A DNA stretch of 64,000 nt. It comes from Candidatus Micrarchaeota archaeon. GTDB lineage: Archaea > Micrarchaeota > Micrarchaeia > Anstonellales > Bilamarchaeaceae. Positions 18,269 through 28,435 of this stretch are shown here, piece after piece. Below the pieces are notes generated by a model. That model made no database searches. It had not been told where the DNA came from and saw only the letters and a list, made by a program, of their open reading frames with translations. Both the position numbers and the translations under genes were made by a program. How positions within the stretch are numbered: position 1 is the first letter of the stretch; each line of letters opens with the position of its first letter. The DNA lies in assembly GCA_043812915.1 (NCBI GenBank), contig JBDRLQ010000012.1, positions 1 to 64,000 of the forward strand. The letters run 5' to 3'.

Positions 18269-19786
18269 ATGGAAAACAATCCCTCTCTTGGGGTCAGCGG
18301 CTCTGATGTAATCTCCCTCCCCTCAAAATTCCTGACCAGGCACGGATTAATCGCAGGAAGCACGGGAACCGGAAAAAGCAGGACCATGCAGGTCCTGGCT
18401 GAGCAGCTATCTGAAAACGGCTCCAGCGTTTTCGTATCGGATGTGAAAGGCGACGCCTCAGGCTTCTGCGTCGCGGGGCAGGAAAACGAAAGAAACAAGC
18501 TGGCAGATTATCGGCCAAGGGGGATTCAGGCCAACTACTGGAGCATCGGCGACAGGTTCGCTCCAATCAGGTTCTCAGTCTCTTCGATCGGGCCGGTCCT
18601 GATTTCCAGACTGCTTTGCCTCAACCCGACCCAGGAGAGCCATCTTGCCCTCGCCTTCTCATACGCGAGGAAGGAGAAAAAGCCGCTTTTTGAGCTGGAC
18701 CAGCTTCTCGATATACTCGATGAGATGGTGGAGACAAACCAGAGGGGGATGAGCAAATCCAGTGTATCGGTCATCCAGAGGAAGATAATCGCGTTGGACG
18801 AATCCGGGGTCGGCGGGCTTTTTGGAAAGCCATCGCTCTCGCTTGGGGATTTGAAGGGCCTCAACGTGCTCAATCTGTCGAATTCCAGAAAGGACATGAC
18901 CGTTGCAATCGCGCCAGCCTTCCTTCTCCAGATGCTCTTCGATTCCCTGCCAGAAGTCGGCAACGTGGATGCGCCGAAGTTCGCAATCTTCTTTGACGAG
19001 GCGCACTACCTGTTCAAGGATGCCAACAAATCACTGCAAAACAGGATGGTGACGATACTCAAGCAGATACGCTCGAAGGGCGTTTCAGTCTTCTTTGTGA
19101 CCCAGGATGTCACCGACCTTCCGGATGAGATTCTCAGCCAGCTGTCCACAAAAATCATATTCTCGCAGAAGGTATTCACTCAGAAGGGGAACAAGCGCCT
19201 GAAAGCCCTTGCAAATTCATTCCCCAGGTCAGAAATGGATGTCCTTGAGACTCTCAAGCGCATGCCCCCCGGAGTGGCAGTTGTCTCCACTCTGGATTCT
19301 TCAGGAAACCAGACAGAGCCGAAGGAGGTGCGGATGTTCGCCCCGGCAACCACGATGGATATCGTTCCGGATGAAGTCCTCATCCAGTCAACGGATGAGG
19401 AACTGATAAGGAAATACCGGGAGCGCGAAAAATTTCCTGAAAAAGCGGCTCCGGCAAAAGCTCCTGAGAAAACCGCAAAAGCCGAGAAGGAAAAGCCTGC
19501 AAGACTTGAAAAGCCAGCAAAGGAAGGGCGGCAGCCAAAAAAGAAATCAGGCCCCTCCATCTGGAGCGGAATATTCGGCTTCCTGCTCAAATTGCTCGAT
19601 TTTATTCTCAAGGCATTCGGAAAACTGTTCTCATTCCTGATATTCAGGCCCGGGAAGAAATACTTCAAATGGATGATGAAAAAGAAGGTAAGGATACTTT
19701 ATACGCTTGTTTTCATCCTGATTCTCTACATAATCATGGTGAACCGGGGCTTAATCGAGGGATTCTTAGGAGCCTTGAAATTCTGA
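18269..19786 (+). CDS. DUF853/YjgR-like HerA-FtsK family ATPase with C-terminal membrane segment
   Basis: RHGLIAGSTGTGKS, SDVKGD, FFDEAHYLF, QIRSKGVSVFFVTQ. Confidence 0.9.
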   Translation: MENNPSLGVSGSDVISLPSKFLTRHGLIAGSTGTGKSRTMQVLAEQLSENGSSVFVSDVKGDASGFCVAGQENERNKLADYRPRGIQANYWSIGDRFAPIRFSVSSIGPVLISRLLCLNPTQESHLALAFSYARKEKKPLFELDQLLDILDEMVETNQRGMSKSSVSVIQRKIIALDESGVGGLFGKPSLSLGDLKGLNVLNLSNSRKDMTVAIAPAFLLQMLFDSLPEVGNVDAPKFAIFFDEAHYLFKDANKSLQNRMVTILKQIRSKGVSVFFVTQDVTDLPDEILSQLSTKIIFSQKVFTQKGNKRLKALANSFPRSEMDVLETLKRMPPGVAVVSTLDSSGNQTEPKEVRMFAPATTMDIVPDEVLIQSTDEELIRKYREREKFPEKAAPAKAPEKTAKAEKEKPARLEKPAKEGRQPKKKSGPSIWSGIFGFLLKLLDFILKAFGKLFSFLIFRPGKKYFKWMMKKKVRILYTLVFILILYIIMVNRGLIEGFLGALKF

Positions 19787-20725
19787 TTACTGCGGGTCTT
19801 CCCGGATTGTGGTGTTCAGCCCCCTGCTTATCGTGATACGTATCTGCGAGTCCCCGAACACTGTGGAAAGAGTCCTTCCGCTGATACTGAACTGCGGAGA
19901 TTCTGGGCAGGTGGCGCCAAGGCTAAAAGGCCTCACAACCACCCCTTCCGGAAGCAGGTAAACCTCGACCATCCGCCTTGAGCCTTCCTGGAAAATAAAC
20001 AGATGGCCATCACTGTAAATCATGTGGGCCTGGTGCTCGCCAGCAGGGAATTCAAGCCGGCCACCAAGCTCTATCTGCAGGATTCTCTCCCCCCTCCGTT
20101 GAGTGTCGCTGTAAACAAGCCTGCCTTGGCTTGAGAGCACGAAAAAGTAACCTGCATCCTCGCTCACAGAGTGTGCAGCCATGCGAACTCCGGTTCCTTC
20201 GCTTAATGGGACGCTGAATGAGGGCAAGCCACCTGGCATCTCTCCAACGCCATCCCTTATGGCCTGGCGCCCGAGGGTGACAACCACTCGCTCGCCAGCT
20301 AAAATCACTGACCTTCCTTCCCCGCAAAAAAGATGCTCGTATCCGCCTGCGATATCTGCCGGTGCGGTTTCAAGAGGCGGCGAAGTCCTTACGCGTGTAG
20401 TTCCCCCCACCGAGGTGCTTACTGATATTGTTCCGCGTTCAGCCGAAAATCCGCAGGACTCCCCGCCAACAGTATGCGATATGAATGGCCGTCCGGCAGT
20501 GGTTGCCGGTCCTGCAGTTGCAGCTGCAGGAGCGCTTCCATATAAGGAGAATGCGGGCATGCCTCTCGTCGGGCGCTCTGGTGGGAGTGCCTGGGCCATT
20601 GGTGGCGTGCAGAATGCTGAAACAAGCGAAAAAGCAACCATTGGAATGACGGCCCTCATGCTAGGAGCCCTTCCTGCGGCGCTTGGCCTGGCCATTTGCT
20701 TTTCCTGTTTCAGCATCTGAATCAC
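19787..20725 (-). CDS. hypothetical exported beta-rich protein
   Basis: 312-aa ORF with a hydrophobic signal ending AQA; start codon uncertain. Confidence 0.7.
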   Translation of the reverse strand: MIQMLKQEKQMARPSAAGRAPSMRAVIPMVAFSLVSAFCTPPMAQALPPERPTRGMPAFSLYGSAPAAATAGPATTAGRPFISHTVGGESCGFSAERGTISVSTSVGGTTRVRTSPPLETAPADIAGGYEHLFCGEGRSVILAGERVVVTLGRQAIRDGVGEMPGGLPSFSVPLSEGTGVRMAAHSVSEDAGYFFVLSSQGRLVYSDTQRRGERILQIELGGRLEFPAGEHQAHMIYSDGHLFIFQEGSRRMVEVYLLPEGVVVRPFSLGATCPESPQFSISGRTLSTVFGDSQIRITISRGLNTTIREDPQ

Positions 20726-20738
20726 TGTGCTTTCGGGG

Positions 20739-21338
20739 CTAATGCCTTGCGAGTTCGCGCTGCTCCCTTAGCATCCCGCTGATTTCCCTGCGCGTGAGCG
20801 GGGTCTCGGTCATCCTCACCCATTGGGGATCCCTGGCAGTGCCTTCATTTCTGGCAGGATATATCCTGGCCCTCATGAGCGCATCAGGTGATGGCATCCC
20901 ATGCCTTCTCCCCTCGCGCTGCAAGTCCTCGGCTCGGTATTCCACCCAATATTGCCTTCCGTGAATTTCAACATGCCTGCCCCTCGCGTATCTGGGGGCT
21001 TCCTGTTCCGCTTCCCTGCGCGGAGTGAGGTCGCTTAACTGAGGCCTCCCGGCCGCTACCTGGTTGGGCATCCTGAGCACCTGCGCCAGAAGCTCCGGCT
21101 CGGTCTGCTCAAGGAAATTGACAAGATGGTCTGTATATCTCCTGTTCAGTGCCGTCCTGGCTTCCTGAGCGGGGCCGCTTATCCGCTCTCCGCCCGGGCC
21201 AACGATAATTGTGCTGCTATCCCGGATTAGCCTCCCTACTGAGGCGTCCCTTAATGAAGGGGGGACAACAATCGTGAATCTGTCTTCTCCTATATAAAAA
21301 GTCCTTCTGCCTGGTCTTTCTGTTTGCGGTTGTGCCAT
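20739..21338 (-). CDS. hypothetical Arg-rich protein
   Basis: 199-aa ORF preceded by GGTGA SD and a TTTATAAA box. Confidence 0.75.
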   Translation of the reverse strand: MAQPQTERPGRRTFYIGEDRFTIVVPPSLRDASVGRLIRDSSTIIVGPGGERISGPAQEARTALNRRYTDHLVNFLEQTEPELLAQVLRMPNQVAAGRPQLSDLTPRREAEQEAPRYARGRHVEIHGRQYWVEYRAEDLQREGRRHGMPSPDALMRARIYPARNEGTARDPQWVRMTETPLTRREISGMLREQRELARH

Positions 21339-21620
21339 TTTGTCACCACATTATTATTTATTCTACACCATTATTATCAGGAAATATTTATAAACCAATG
21401 TTGGCCCATAGTGGCAATAGCCTAATTAGTATTCCTAGGCACAATGAACGCCCGATCTTCTGTCAAATTCCATGCAATAATGAAAATTTCCTGTTTCCTT
21501 GTATCCAGGTTTCGCCATTTTCCATTGGCCGGAGCATTTGGCAATTTATATAAACGTGTTCCATTATAGCAACTAACTAGGCGCCTGAACGTTTTTGATT
21601 CAGGCTGCCCCATCAATGAT

Positions 21621-21736
21621 GGGGTCGTTGTATAACCAGGTTAGCACGGCAGGCCCCAGATCCCGTCTTTGCTTCTTGCAAAGATATTTGTGGCCGTAGA
21701 AACCTGCATATCGGGGTTCGAATCCCTGCGGCCCCA
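21621..21736 (+). tRNA. tRNA-Trp(CCA) with 42-nt intron at 37/38 (21660-21701)
   Basis: GGGGTCG/CGGCCCC acceptor, GCAGG/CCTGC anticodon stem, TTCGAAT loop. C33 and the weak BHB are atypical. Confidence 0.8.
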
Positions 21737-21769
21737 AATATTTACAAATGACTAATGCGGTGTTATCAT

Positions 21770-22549
21770 ATGAATAAAATCATTGCCATACTTGCTCTGT
21801 CCATCCTGCTTTTCGGGTGCACGGAGACCATTGAGCCAGAAGTGCCTGAGGTGGTGGAATACGGAGATACTGTTTCGGTCAATTACGTGCTCAGGGTTGA
21901 TGGCGAGGTTATGGACACCAACATAGAGTCCATCGCGATTGCGGAAGGGATATACTTCGGCCCAGGGCCCAAATACTCCCCTCTGGAATTCCAGGTCCTT
22001 CTGGGAGAAGGGCTGATTGACGGGTTCGTAAATAGCGTTGTGGGGATGAAGGTCGCCGATACCAAGACATTCACAATACCTCCGGAAGATGGCTATGGGC
22101 TGTATGACGAATCGCTGGTTTTCAACGTAAGCAGGTATTATGAGATGGGCATGGTGGAGGTCGTCCCGCTTGAATACTTCGAAGGGCGCAATATCACCCT
22201 GGAGAACGGGACGTCGTTCGAAACCGATGTCGGGACTGTCTTCATTGACAGCCTCAACGAAACTCATGCGGACCTGGTTTATGTTTTTGAAGTCGGGGAC
22301 ATATTCTATTATGCAGGTCTCCCGCAGATGGTCGTTAATAGGACCAATGGAACCTATACTATCATGATTGACGTGCTCGAAGGAAAGAGCTACACAACAC
22401 TGAGCCCGAAAACAGGCCAGCTCGCCATGGTATCGGTAAAAGCGCTGGGGGATGACACAATCACTTTCGATGAGAATCCTTTTCTTTCAGGCAAGTCCCT
22501 CGACTACTCGGTTACTCTTGTAAGTCTTGCAAAACCGCAGGGAAGCTGA
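21770..22549 (+). CDS. FKBP-type peptidyl-prolyl isomerase lipoprotein
   Basis: LLFGC lipobox; GDTVSVNY, DTN, LIDGF, GMKV, IPPEDGYG, NPFLSGKSL. Confidence 0.9.
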   Translation: MNKIIAILALSILLFGCTETIEPEVPEVVEYGDTVSVNYVLRVDGEVMDTNIESIAIAEGIYFGPGPKYSPLEFQVLLGEGLIDGFVNSVVGMKVADTKTFTIPPEDGYGLYDESLVFNVSRYYEMGMVEVVPLEYFEGRNITLENGTSFETDVGTVFIDSLNETHADLVYVFEVGDIFYYAGLPQMVVNRTNGTYTIMIDVLEGKSYTTLSPKTGQLAMVSVKALGDDTITFDENPFLSGKSLDYSVTLVSLAKPQGS

Positions 22550-22551
22550 GC

Positions 22552-25191
22552 ATGTCGGTCGGGAAAAAAGACTGGCATTCGATTTCTTTTTCGCAGTCCA
22601 TTCGCAGGCTGAAAACTTCTTCAAACGGGCTTTCTGCCCACGAATCAAAAACCCGGCTGAAGGAATACGGCATGAATCAGCTTGAGCGGAAGGAGGGCCC
22701 CTCAATCCTTTCAATACTCCTCAACCAGTTCCAGAACCCGCTCGTTTACCTCCTGCTTGTCGCCTCCCTGGTATCATACATGATTGGCCATGAGCTTGAC
22801 GCGCTGATGATTCTGGCCATTGTTATTGTGAATGCAGTTCTTGGCTTCAGCCAGGACTGGAAGGCGGAGCGGGCGATGGAGGCCATGAGCGCCCTCTTTG
22901 TGAAGAAGGCGCGCGTGCTCAGGGCGGGGAAGGAGGAGATTATCGATGCCATCCTGCTCGTTCCCGGGGATGTCATTATACTGGAGGCGGGCGATGAAGT
23001 GCCAGCGGACGCTCGCATAATCGATATCGCTGACCTGAAGGTGAATGAGGCTCCTTTAACCGGAGAATCCATCCCTGTTTCAAAGCTGCTTGAGCCCGTG
23101 GATGAGAAGACGATTCTCCCGGAGCGGCAGAACATGGTGTATGCAGGGACCCTCACCATGAACGGCTGGGCAAAGGCGGTCATTGTCGCAACCGGCATGG
23201 AAACCGAACTCGGAAAGATTGCCGGCCTCACCCAGCGCGTCATGAAGCGGAAGACTCACACCGAGATAATGCTCGGGGCGCTTACAAAGAAGCTGATTCT
23301 TCTTTTCATATTCATGTGCCTGGCAATAGTTTTTGTCGGAGTATTCATTGAACAGCGGGATATCGCGGACATGGTCCTTGTAGGCATCAGTCTCGCGGTC
23401 GCGGCAATCCCTGAGGGTCTGCCCGCAGTCGTCACAATCGTATTCGCGATAGGGCTGCGCCGTCTCAGCTTGGTGAATACCCTTGTCCGGAAGCTTTCGG
23501 CGACGGAGACTCTGGGGGCGATCACCTACATCTGCACGGATAAGACCGGAACGCTCACAAAAAACGAGATGACTGCCAAGATGATTTATGTGGACGGCGA
23601 GGAAATCCTGGTTTCCGGAACCGGCTATTCCACAGAGGGAGAATTCTCAAAGGAAACGGAATCGCTCCATAAGCTGCTCGAAATCGGCACCCTCTGCAAC
23701 CATGCTTCACTCAAAGACGGAAAAATCCTGGGGGACCCGACCGAGGCGTCAATCCTGGTTGCGGCCGCCAAGGCCGGCATCCACAAGGAGAATTTTGATA
23801 AGCAGCACCATATACTGGGAGAACTTTCATTTTCCATGGAACGGAAGATGATGTCCGTAATAACCAGGAACCGGGATGGTGCCACAGTCAACACAAAGGG
23901 GGGCCCCGAGCCGGTCATCGCCAAATGCACCCGCCTTCTTGCCAATGGGAAGGTAGTCCGCATAAGCCCCGCCAAAAGGCAGGCTCTGCTGGAAGAAAAC
24001 GAGCGGCTTGCCGGCATGGGCTACCGCATCCTCGGCTTTGCCTATAAGGATTTCAAGGAAGGGGAAGAGCACGAAGAGGGATTGATTTACGTGGGTTCGA
24101 TGGCCCTCATCGACCCTGTCCGCCCCGAGGCGGTCGCGGCAATTAAAGACGCCCGGGATGCCGGTATACGCGTCATGATAGTCACTGGCGACCATAAGAG
24201 CACCGCATCCTCAATCGCGGATCAGGTGGGCCTGATGCAATCCGGCTCAATCGCGGTTGATGGGAGCGAGCTTGCGGCAATGTCCGAGGACGAACTCAGG
24301 AAGAAGATAGACAGAATCAAGGTGTTCGCCAGGGTAACCCCGGAGCAGAAGATGCTCGTCCTGGGGATACTGCAGGAGCGCGGGGATATAGTCGCCATGA
24401 CCGGCGATGGGGTCAACGACGCTCCGGCCCTAAAGAAGGCGGACATCGGCATCTCCATGGGAAAAAGCGGAACGGACGTTGCAAGGGAGACTGCGGATGT
24501 CATTCTAGCTGATGACAATTTCGTGAGCATCGTGAGCGGGATACGCGAGGGCAGGACAATCTTCCTGAACATCCAGAAATTCGTGTATTATCTTGTTTCC
24601 TCGAACATCGCAGAAGTGATGATCATATTCATCGGAATGCTCCTCAACTGGCCGCTTGTCCTTGTCCCGATACAGATACTATGGATCAATCTCGTTACCG
24701 ACAGCATAACCGCACTATCATTGGGGCTTGAGCCGACCCCAAAGGACGTTATGGAAAATCCACCGCGCAGCCCGCAGGCGAGCATAATGACCGCGCGCTC
24801 TTCTTTTGCGGTTTTATCAATCGCCTCTGTAAAGACCGCGATTGTGCTATATCTTTTCAGCAGCTTCCTTGGGGAGGGGGAGGCGGTCGCGCGCACAATG
24901 GCATTTGCGGGGCTGATATTCGCCGAGAATTTCAACCTGTTCAATTTCAAGGATTTGAAGAAGCCCCTGCACAAGACGAACCCGTTCAACAACAGCTACA
25001 TGCTGGGGGCGCTGCTCATAACGACGCTGCTTACCATCGTGGTGGTCCAGCTGCCCGCCCTCAATCTGCTCTTCCACACAACGCCCCTTGACGTGGAGCA
25101 CTGGGTGCTGATTGCGGGAATGGCATCACTGGTGCTGATTTCCGGAGAAATGTACAAGAACCTTAGTTATTTCGGCATTCTCAAGGCGTGA
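22552..25191 (+). CDS. P2A-type cation (Ca2+-like) transporting ATPase
   Basis: LTGES, AIPEGLP, DKTGTLT, KGGPE, TGDGVNDAP, ILWINLVTD. Confidence 0.95.
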   Translation: MSVGKKDWHSISFSQSIRRLKTSSNGLSAHESKTRLKEYGMNQLERKEGPSILSILLNQFQNPLVYLLLVASLVSYMIGHELDALMILAIVIVNAVLGFSQDWKAERAMEAMSALFVKKARVLRAGKEEIIDAILLVPGDVIILEAGDEVPADARIIDIADLKVNEAPLTGESIPVSKLLEPVDEKTILPERQNMVYAGTLTMNGWAKAVIVATGMETELGKIAGLTQRVMKRKTHTEIMLGALTKKLILLFIFMCLAIVFVGVFIEQRDIADMVLVGISLAVAAIPEGLPAVVTIVFAIGLRRLSLVNTLVRKLSATETLGAITYICTDKTGTLTKNEMTAKMIYVDGEEILVSGTGYSTEGEFSKETESLHKLLEIGTLCNHASLKDGKILGDPTEASILVAAAKAGIHKENFDKQHHILGELSFSMERKMMSVITRNRDGATVNTKGGPEPVIAKCTRLLANGKVVRISPAKRQALLEENERLAGMGYRILGFAYKDFKEGEEHEEGLIYVGSMALIDPVRPEAVAAIKDARDAGIRVMIVTGDHKSTASSIADQVGLMQSGSIAVDGSELAAMSEDELRKKIDRIKVFARVTPEQKMLVLGILQERGDIVAMTGDGVNDAPALKKADIGISMGKSGTDVARETADVILADDNFVSIVSGIREGRTIFLNIQKFVYYLVSSNIAEVMIIFIGMLLNWPLVLVPIQILWINLVTDSITALSLGLEPTPKDVMENPPRSPQASIMTARSSFAVLSIASVKTAIVLYLFSSFLGEGEAVARTMAFAGLIFAENFNLFNFKDLKKPLHKTNPFNNSYMLGALLITTLLTIVVVQLPALNLLFHTTPLDVEHWVLIAGMASLVLISGEMYKNLSYFGILKA

Positions 25192-25211
25192 AGCTGCTGC
25201 GGAAGGTTTAT

Positions 25212-25234
25212 AATATAGTATACACTACTATATT
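25212..25234. promoter_or_regulatory. perfect 9-bp inverted repeat upstream of psmB
   Basis: AATATAGTA-TACAC-TACTATATT. Confidence 0.4.
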
Positions 25235-25331
25235 CCATATACAACAGATAATAGGGAAACTAGTTTTATATCAGCTTTTTAAATATTCTCTTAGTATAAC
25301 TGGTATTAACTTGTTCTCCCGACGTGATATT

Positions 25332-25970
25332 ATGGACGGCAGTATGCCAAGTATGATTGATGCAAGGAAGACCGGAACGACCACTGTTGGTCTTGTATGC
25401 ACTGATGGCGTTATTCTAGCCTCTGACAGAAGAGCGACCATGGGGTATTTTATCGCAAGCAAGGACGTGGATAAGATTTATCCGCTCAATGACCACCTTG
25501 CAATGACCATTGCAGGTGGTGTAGGAGATGCCCAGACGCTCATCAGATGGATGACTGCGGAAGTGAAGCTCTATGAGCTAAAGCACGAGAAGCCAATTAC
25601 TGTGGAGGCGGCCGCGACAATGCTGGCCAATATCCTTTCACAGTACAAATACTTCCCGTTCTTCGTGCAGCTCCTCCTTGGTGGCATTGATGAGAAGCCG
25701 AGGCTGTTCAGCGTTGATATGCTCGGAGGAATCACCGAAGAGACCATGACGTCAACCGGAAGCGGCTCCCCGATTGCGCTCGGAGTTCTTGAGGAGCTTT
25801 TCATCGAGGGGCGGGTAACCGAAATCAACCTTCCGATTGCGGCAAAGGCAGTTGCGGCCGCCATGAAGAGGGATGCCGCCAGCGGCGAGAATGTTGACCT
25901 TGTGCTTGTTACCAAGAAGGGATTCGAAAGGATGCCAAGGGAAGACGTGAAGAGAATCCTGAAAGCCTGA
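25332..25970 (+). CDS. psmB: proteasome subunit beta
   Basis: Propeptide KTG|TTTVG, SDRRATMG, TIAGGVGDAQ, TGSGSP, KRDAASG. Confidence 0.97.
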   Translation: MDGSMPSMIDARKTGTTTVGLVCTDGVILASDRRATMGYFIASKDVDKIYPLNDHLAMTIAGGVGDAQTLIRWMTAEVKLYELKHEKPITVEAAATMLANILSQYKYFPFFVQLLLGGIDEKPRLFSVDMLGGITEETMTSTGSGSPIALGVLEELFIEGRVTEINLPIAAKAVAAAMKRDAASGENVDLVLVTKKGFERMPREDVKRILKA

Positions 25971-26062
25971 GTCCTGCTGTTTTATCAGGGGACTTTTCTG
26001 ATTTTCTTGCGTCATTCATTATTTTACGTTCATAAAAGGCTCATTTTTGAGCAAGAGGTGTT

Positions 26063-27961
26063 TTGTTGCACTATAAGGAGATTGAAAAGAAGATACAAGA
26101 GATTATGCCCAGCGACTGCGGCGTCACAAAAGTTGAGCCCGAAGGCCTGGCGACCGTGATATACCTTAAGGACATTACAGCGTTCTATTCAAATGACCGG
26201 CTGATTAAAGAGCTCGCAAGCACGCTCAAGAAGAAGATCACAATCAGGGTGGATCCGTCCAGGCTGATGGACCACACTGAGGCGGAGAAGATAATCAGGA
26301 ACCTAATCCCCTCAGAAGCAGAAATAAAGAGCATTATGTTCGTGCCAGAGATGTGCGAAGTGCGCGTCGAGGCGATTAAGCCGGGCCTGGTCATCGGGAA
26401 GGGCGGCTCAGTGCTAAAGGAAATCATGCTCAAGACCGGCTGGGCGCCGGTAGCCGTCCGCGCTCCGACAATGCCCTCAGTTACCCTTGACGGGGTGAGG
26501 AAGATATCCGTCCTGGAAGCGGCCGAGCGGAAAAAATTCCTGCTTTCAATCGGAAAGAAAATCTGCCAGCCGACCCCCTCCAGCGAATGGATCCGGGCAG
26601 TCGCGCTCGGCGGATTCAAGGAGGTCGGCAGGTCCTGCCTTCTTGTGCAGACCCAGAACAGCAAGGTACTTATAGACGTCGGCGTCAACCCGGCGACCGG
26701 AGACACCTCAAAGGCATATCCCTATCTCAATCTGCTCGGGTTCCAGCTCAAGGACCTGGACGCGGTCGTTATCAGCCACGGGCACATGGACCCCATGGGA
26801 TTCCTTCCCTACCGGTTAGCCAATGGCTATGAAGGGCCGGTGTACTGCACTCCCCCGACAAGGGACATCATGGTGCTTCTCCAGCAGGATTACATAAACC
26901 TGTGCAAGAAGTCATTCAACATAGAGCCGCTCTACACCAAGAAGGACATCTCCAAGGAACTGAGGAACATAATCACGGTGGATTACGAGGAAGTGGTGGA
27001 CATCACCCCTGAAATCAAGATGACGCTCTATAATGCGGGGCACATTCTTGGAAGCGCGAGCGTGCACCTGCACATAGGCGAGGGCGCACACAACCTTGTG
27101 TATTCCGGTGACCAGAAATTCGGGTTCACGAGGCTATTCGAGCCTGCGAACACCCGGTTCCCGCGCCTTGAGACCCTTTTCATCGAGAGTACCTACGGCG
27201 GGCGCAACGACCAGGGCATGAACCGCTTCGAGAGCGACCGTAAATTGACAAAAATAATCCAGCAGACAATCGACCGCGGAGGGAAAGTACTGATTCCGGT
27301 CTTCGCTGTCGGAAGGAGCCAGGAGATTCTGCTTGTTCTTGAGGAATACGCCAGGAAGAACCACAATTTCAACGCCCCTGTCTACATAGACGGCATGGTG
27401 CTCGAGGCCTCAGCAATCCACACCGCTTACCCGGAATACATGAGGGAGCAGCTCCAGAGGAGGATTCTTTCCGATCGGAGCCCATTCGAGTCACCGGTAA
27501 TCAAGGTGGCCAAGGGAACCAGCAAGGAGGAAATCGTCAATGGGGAACCGTGTGTCATCCTTGCGCCGTCCGGCATGCTTTCGGGAGGGCCGTCTTATGA
27601 ATACCTGAAGCTCATGGCGGACGACCCGAAGAACACGCTTATCTTCGTCGGTTACCAGAGCGCGCTTTCTCTTGGAAGCAAAATCCAGAGGGGCCTGAAG
27701 GAGGTTCCGATGACAGGGGATGACGGCAAGACCAAGGCGCTCAAGATAAACATGGAGACCGCGACCGCTGAAGGCTATTCCGGGCACTCCGACCGCTCGC
27801 AGCTGATGGCGTATCTGAAGAACCTGCGACCTACCCCCGAGCGCATAATCACCATGCACGGCGACTGGGGCAAGACCGAGGACTTCGCCAGGGCTGCCGG
27901 CATGATGCTAAGAAAGGAGTCCAGGGCGCTCTGCGACCTTGAAGCGATAAGGCTTCGATAA
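26063..27961 (+). CDS. fttA: KH-domain beta-CASP ribonuclease aCPSF1 / termination factor FttA
   Basis: KPGLVIGKGG, LGGFKEVGRS, AGHILGS, ESTYGG, GRSQE, SGHSD; adjacent to psmB. Motif II reads HGHMDP. Confidence 0.95.
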   Translation: MLHYKEIEKKIQEIMPSDCGVTKVEPEGLATVIYLKDITAFYSNDRLIKELASTLKKKITIRVDPSRLMDHTEAEKIIRNLIPSEAEIKSIMFVPEMCEVRVEAIKPGLVIGKGGSVLKEIMLKTGWAPVAVRAPTMPSVTLDGVRKISVLEAAERKKFLLSIGKKICQPTPSSEWIRAVALGGFKEVGRSCLLVQTQNSKVLIDVGVNPATGDTSKAYPYLNLLGFQLKDLDAVVISHGHMDPMGFLPYRLANGYEGPVYCTPPTRDIMVLLQQDYINLCKKSFNIEPLYTKKDISKELRNIITVDYEEVVDITPEIKMTLYNAGHILGSASVHLHIGEGAHNLVYSGDQKFGFTRLFEPANTRFPRLETLFIESTYGGRNDQGMNRFESDRKLTKIIQQTIDRGGKVLIPVFAVGRSQEILLVLEEYARKNHNFNAPVYIDGMVLEASAIHTAYPEYMREQLQRRILSDRSPFESPVIKVAKGTSKEEIVNGEPCVILAPSGMLSGGPSYEYLKLMADDPKNTLIFVGYQSALSLGSKIQRGLKEVPMTGDDGKTKALKINMETATAEGYSGHSDRSQLMAYLKNLRPTPERIITMHGDWGKTEDFARAAGMMLRKESRALCDLEAIRLR

Positions 27962-27968
27962 GCCCTAT

Positions 27969-28433
27969 TTATTTTTTAAGTTCCCTGGCAACTTCGTGTT
28001 GCTCCCAGGGGTAAACTACCCACCTGGTAGTTGTATCCATGAAGTAGTCCGGCTTCAGCTGCGATGCCGGCTTGTAATGCAGTGTGGCAATCTTAATCTT
28101 AGCAGCCTTCTTCCTGCGCAGGTATTCCTTGGCGACGACCAGGCTGCGCCCCGTATCAGCAATATCGTCGACAACAAGCACTTTCTTGCCCTCAACATCC
28201 TTGGAGAGCTCCTGGGTTATCTGCGGGAACTTGCTTGTCTGGCCGACCGATTTGTAGAATCCGATGCCCATCACGCCGACGTCATTTACCCCGAGCTTGT
28301 CGGAAAGAATGCGGACCGGGACAAGGCCTCCGCGGGATATGCCAACAAGCATATCCGGCACGAAGTCTATCTTTTCAGAAAGCCGCTCACACATCTGAGC
28401 GGCCTTATCCCAGCTAAGGTAAAGAAATTCCAT
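27969..28433 (-). CDS. purine phosphoribosyltransferase (type I PRTase)
   Basis: GISRGG, VLVVDDIADTGRS, KPDY, WVVYPWE. Confidence 0.9.
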   Translation of the reverse strand: MEFLYLSWDKAAQMCERLSEKIDFVPDMLVGISRGGLVPVRILSDKLGVNDVGVMGIGFYKSVGQTSKFPQITQELSKDVEGKKVLVVDDIADTGRSLVVAKEYLRRKKAAKIKIATLHYKPASQLKPDYFMDTTTRWVVYPWEQHEVARELKK

Positions 28434-28435
28434 TT

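Noticed and set aside
21340..21620. Short ORFs in the AT-rich gap before tRNA-Trp
   Set aside because: No SD or motif; the region is explained by divergent promoters.
21649..21707. Alternative intron placements giving AGA, GTA or CCC anticodons
   Set aside because: Loop size or tRNA body identity (acceptor stem, short variable loop) does not fit Ser, Tyr or Gly.
25188..25331. Long N-terminal extension of psmB
   Set aside because: AT-rich promoter sequence; a short propeptide before TTT is normal.
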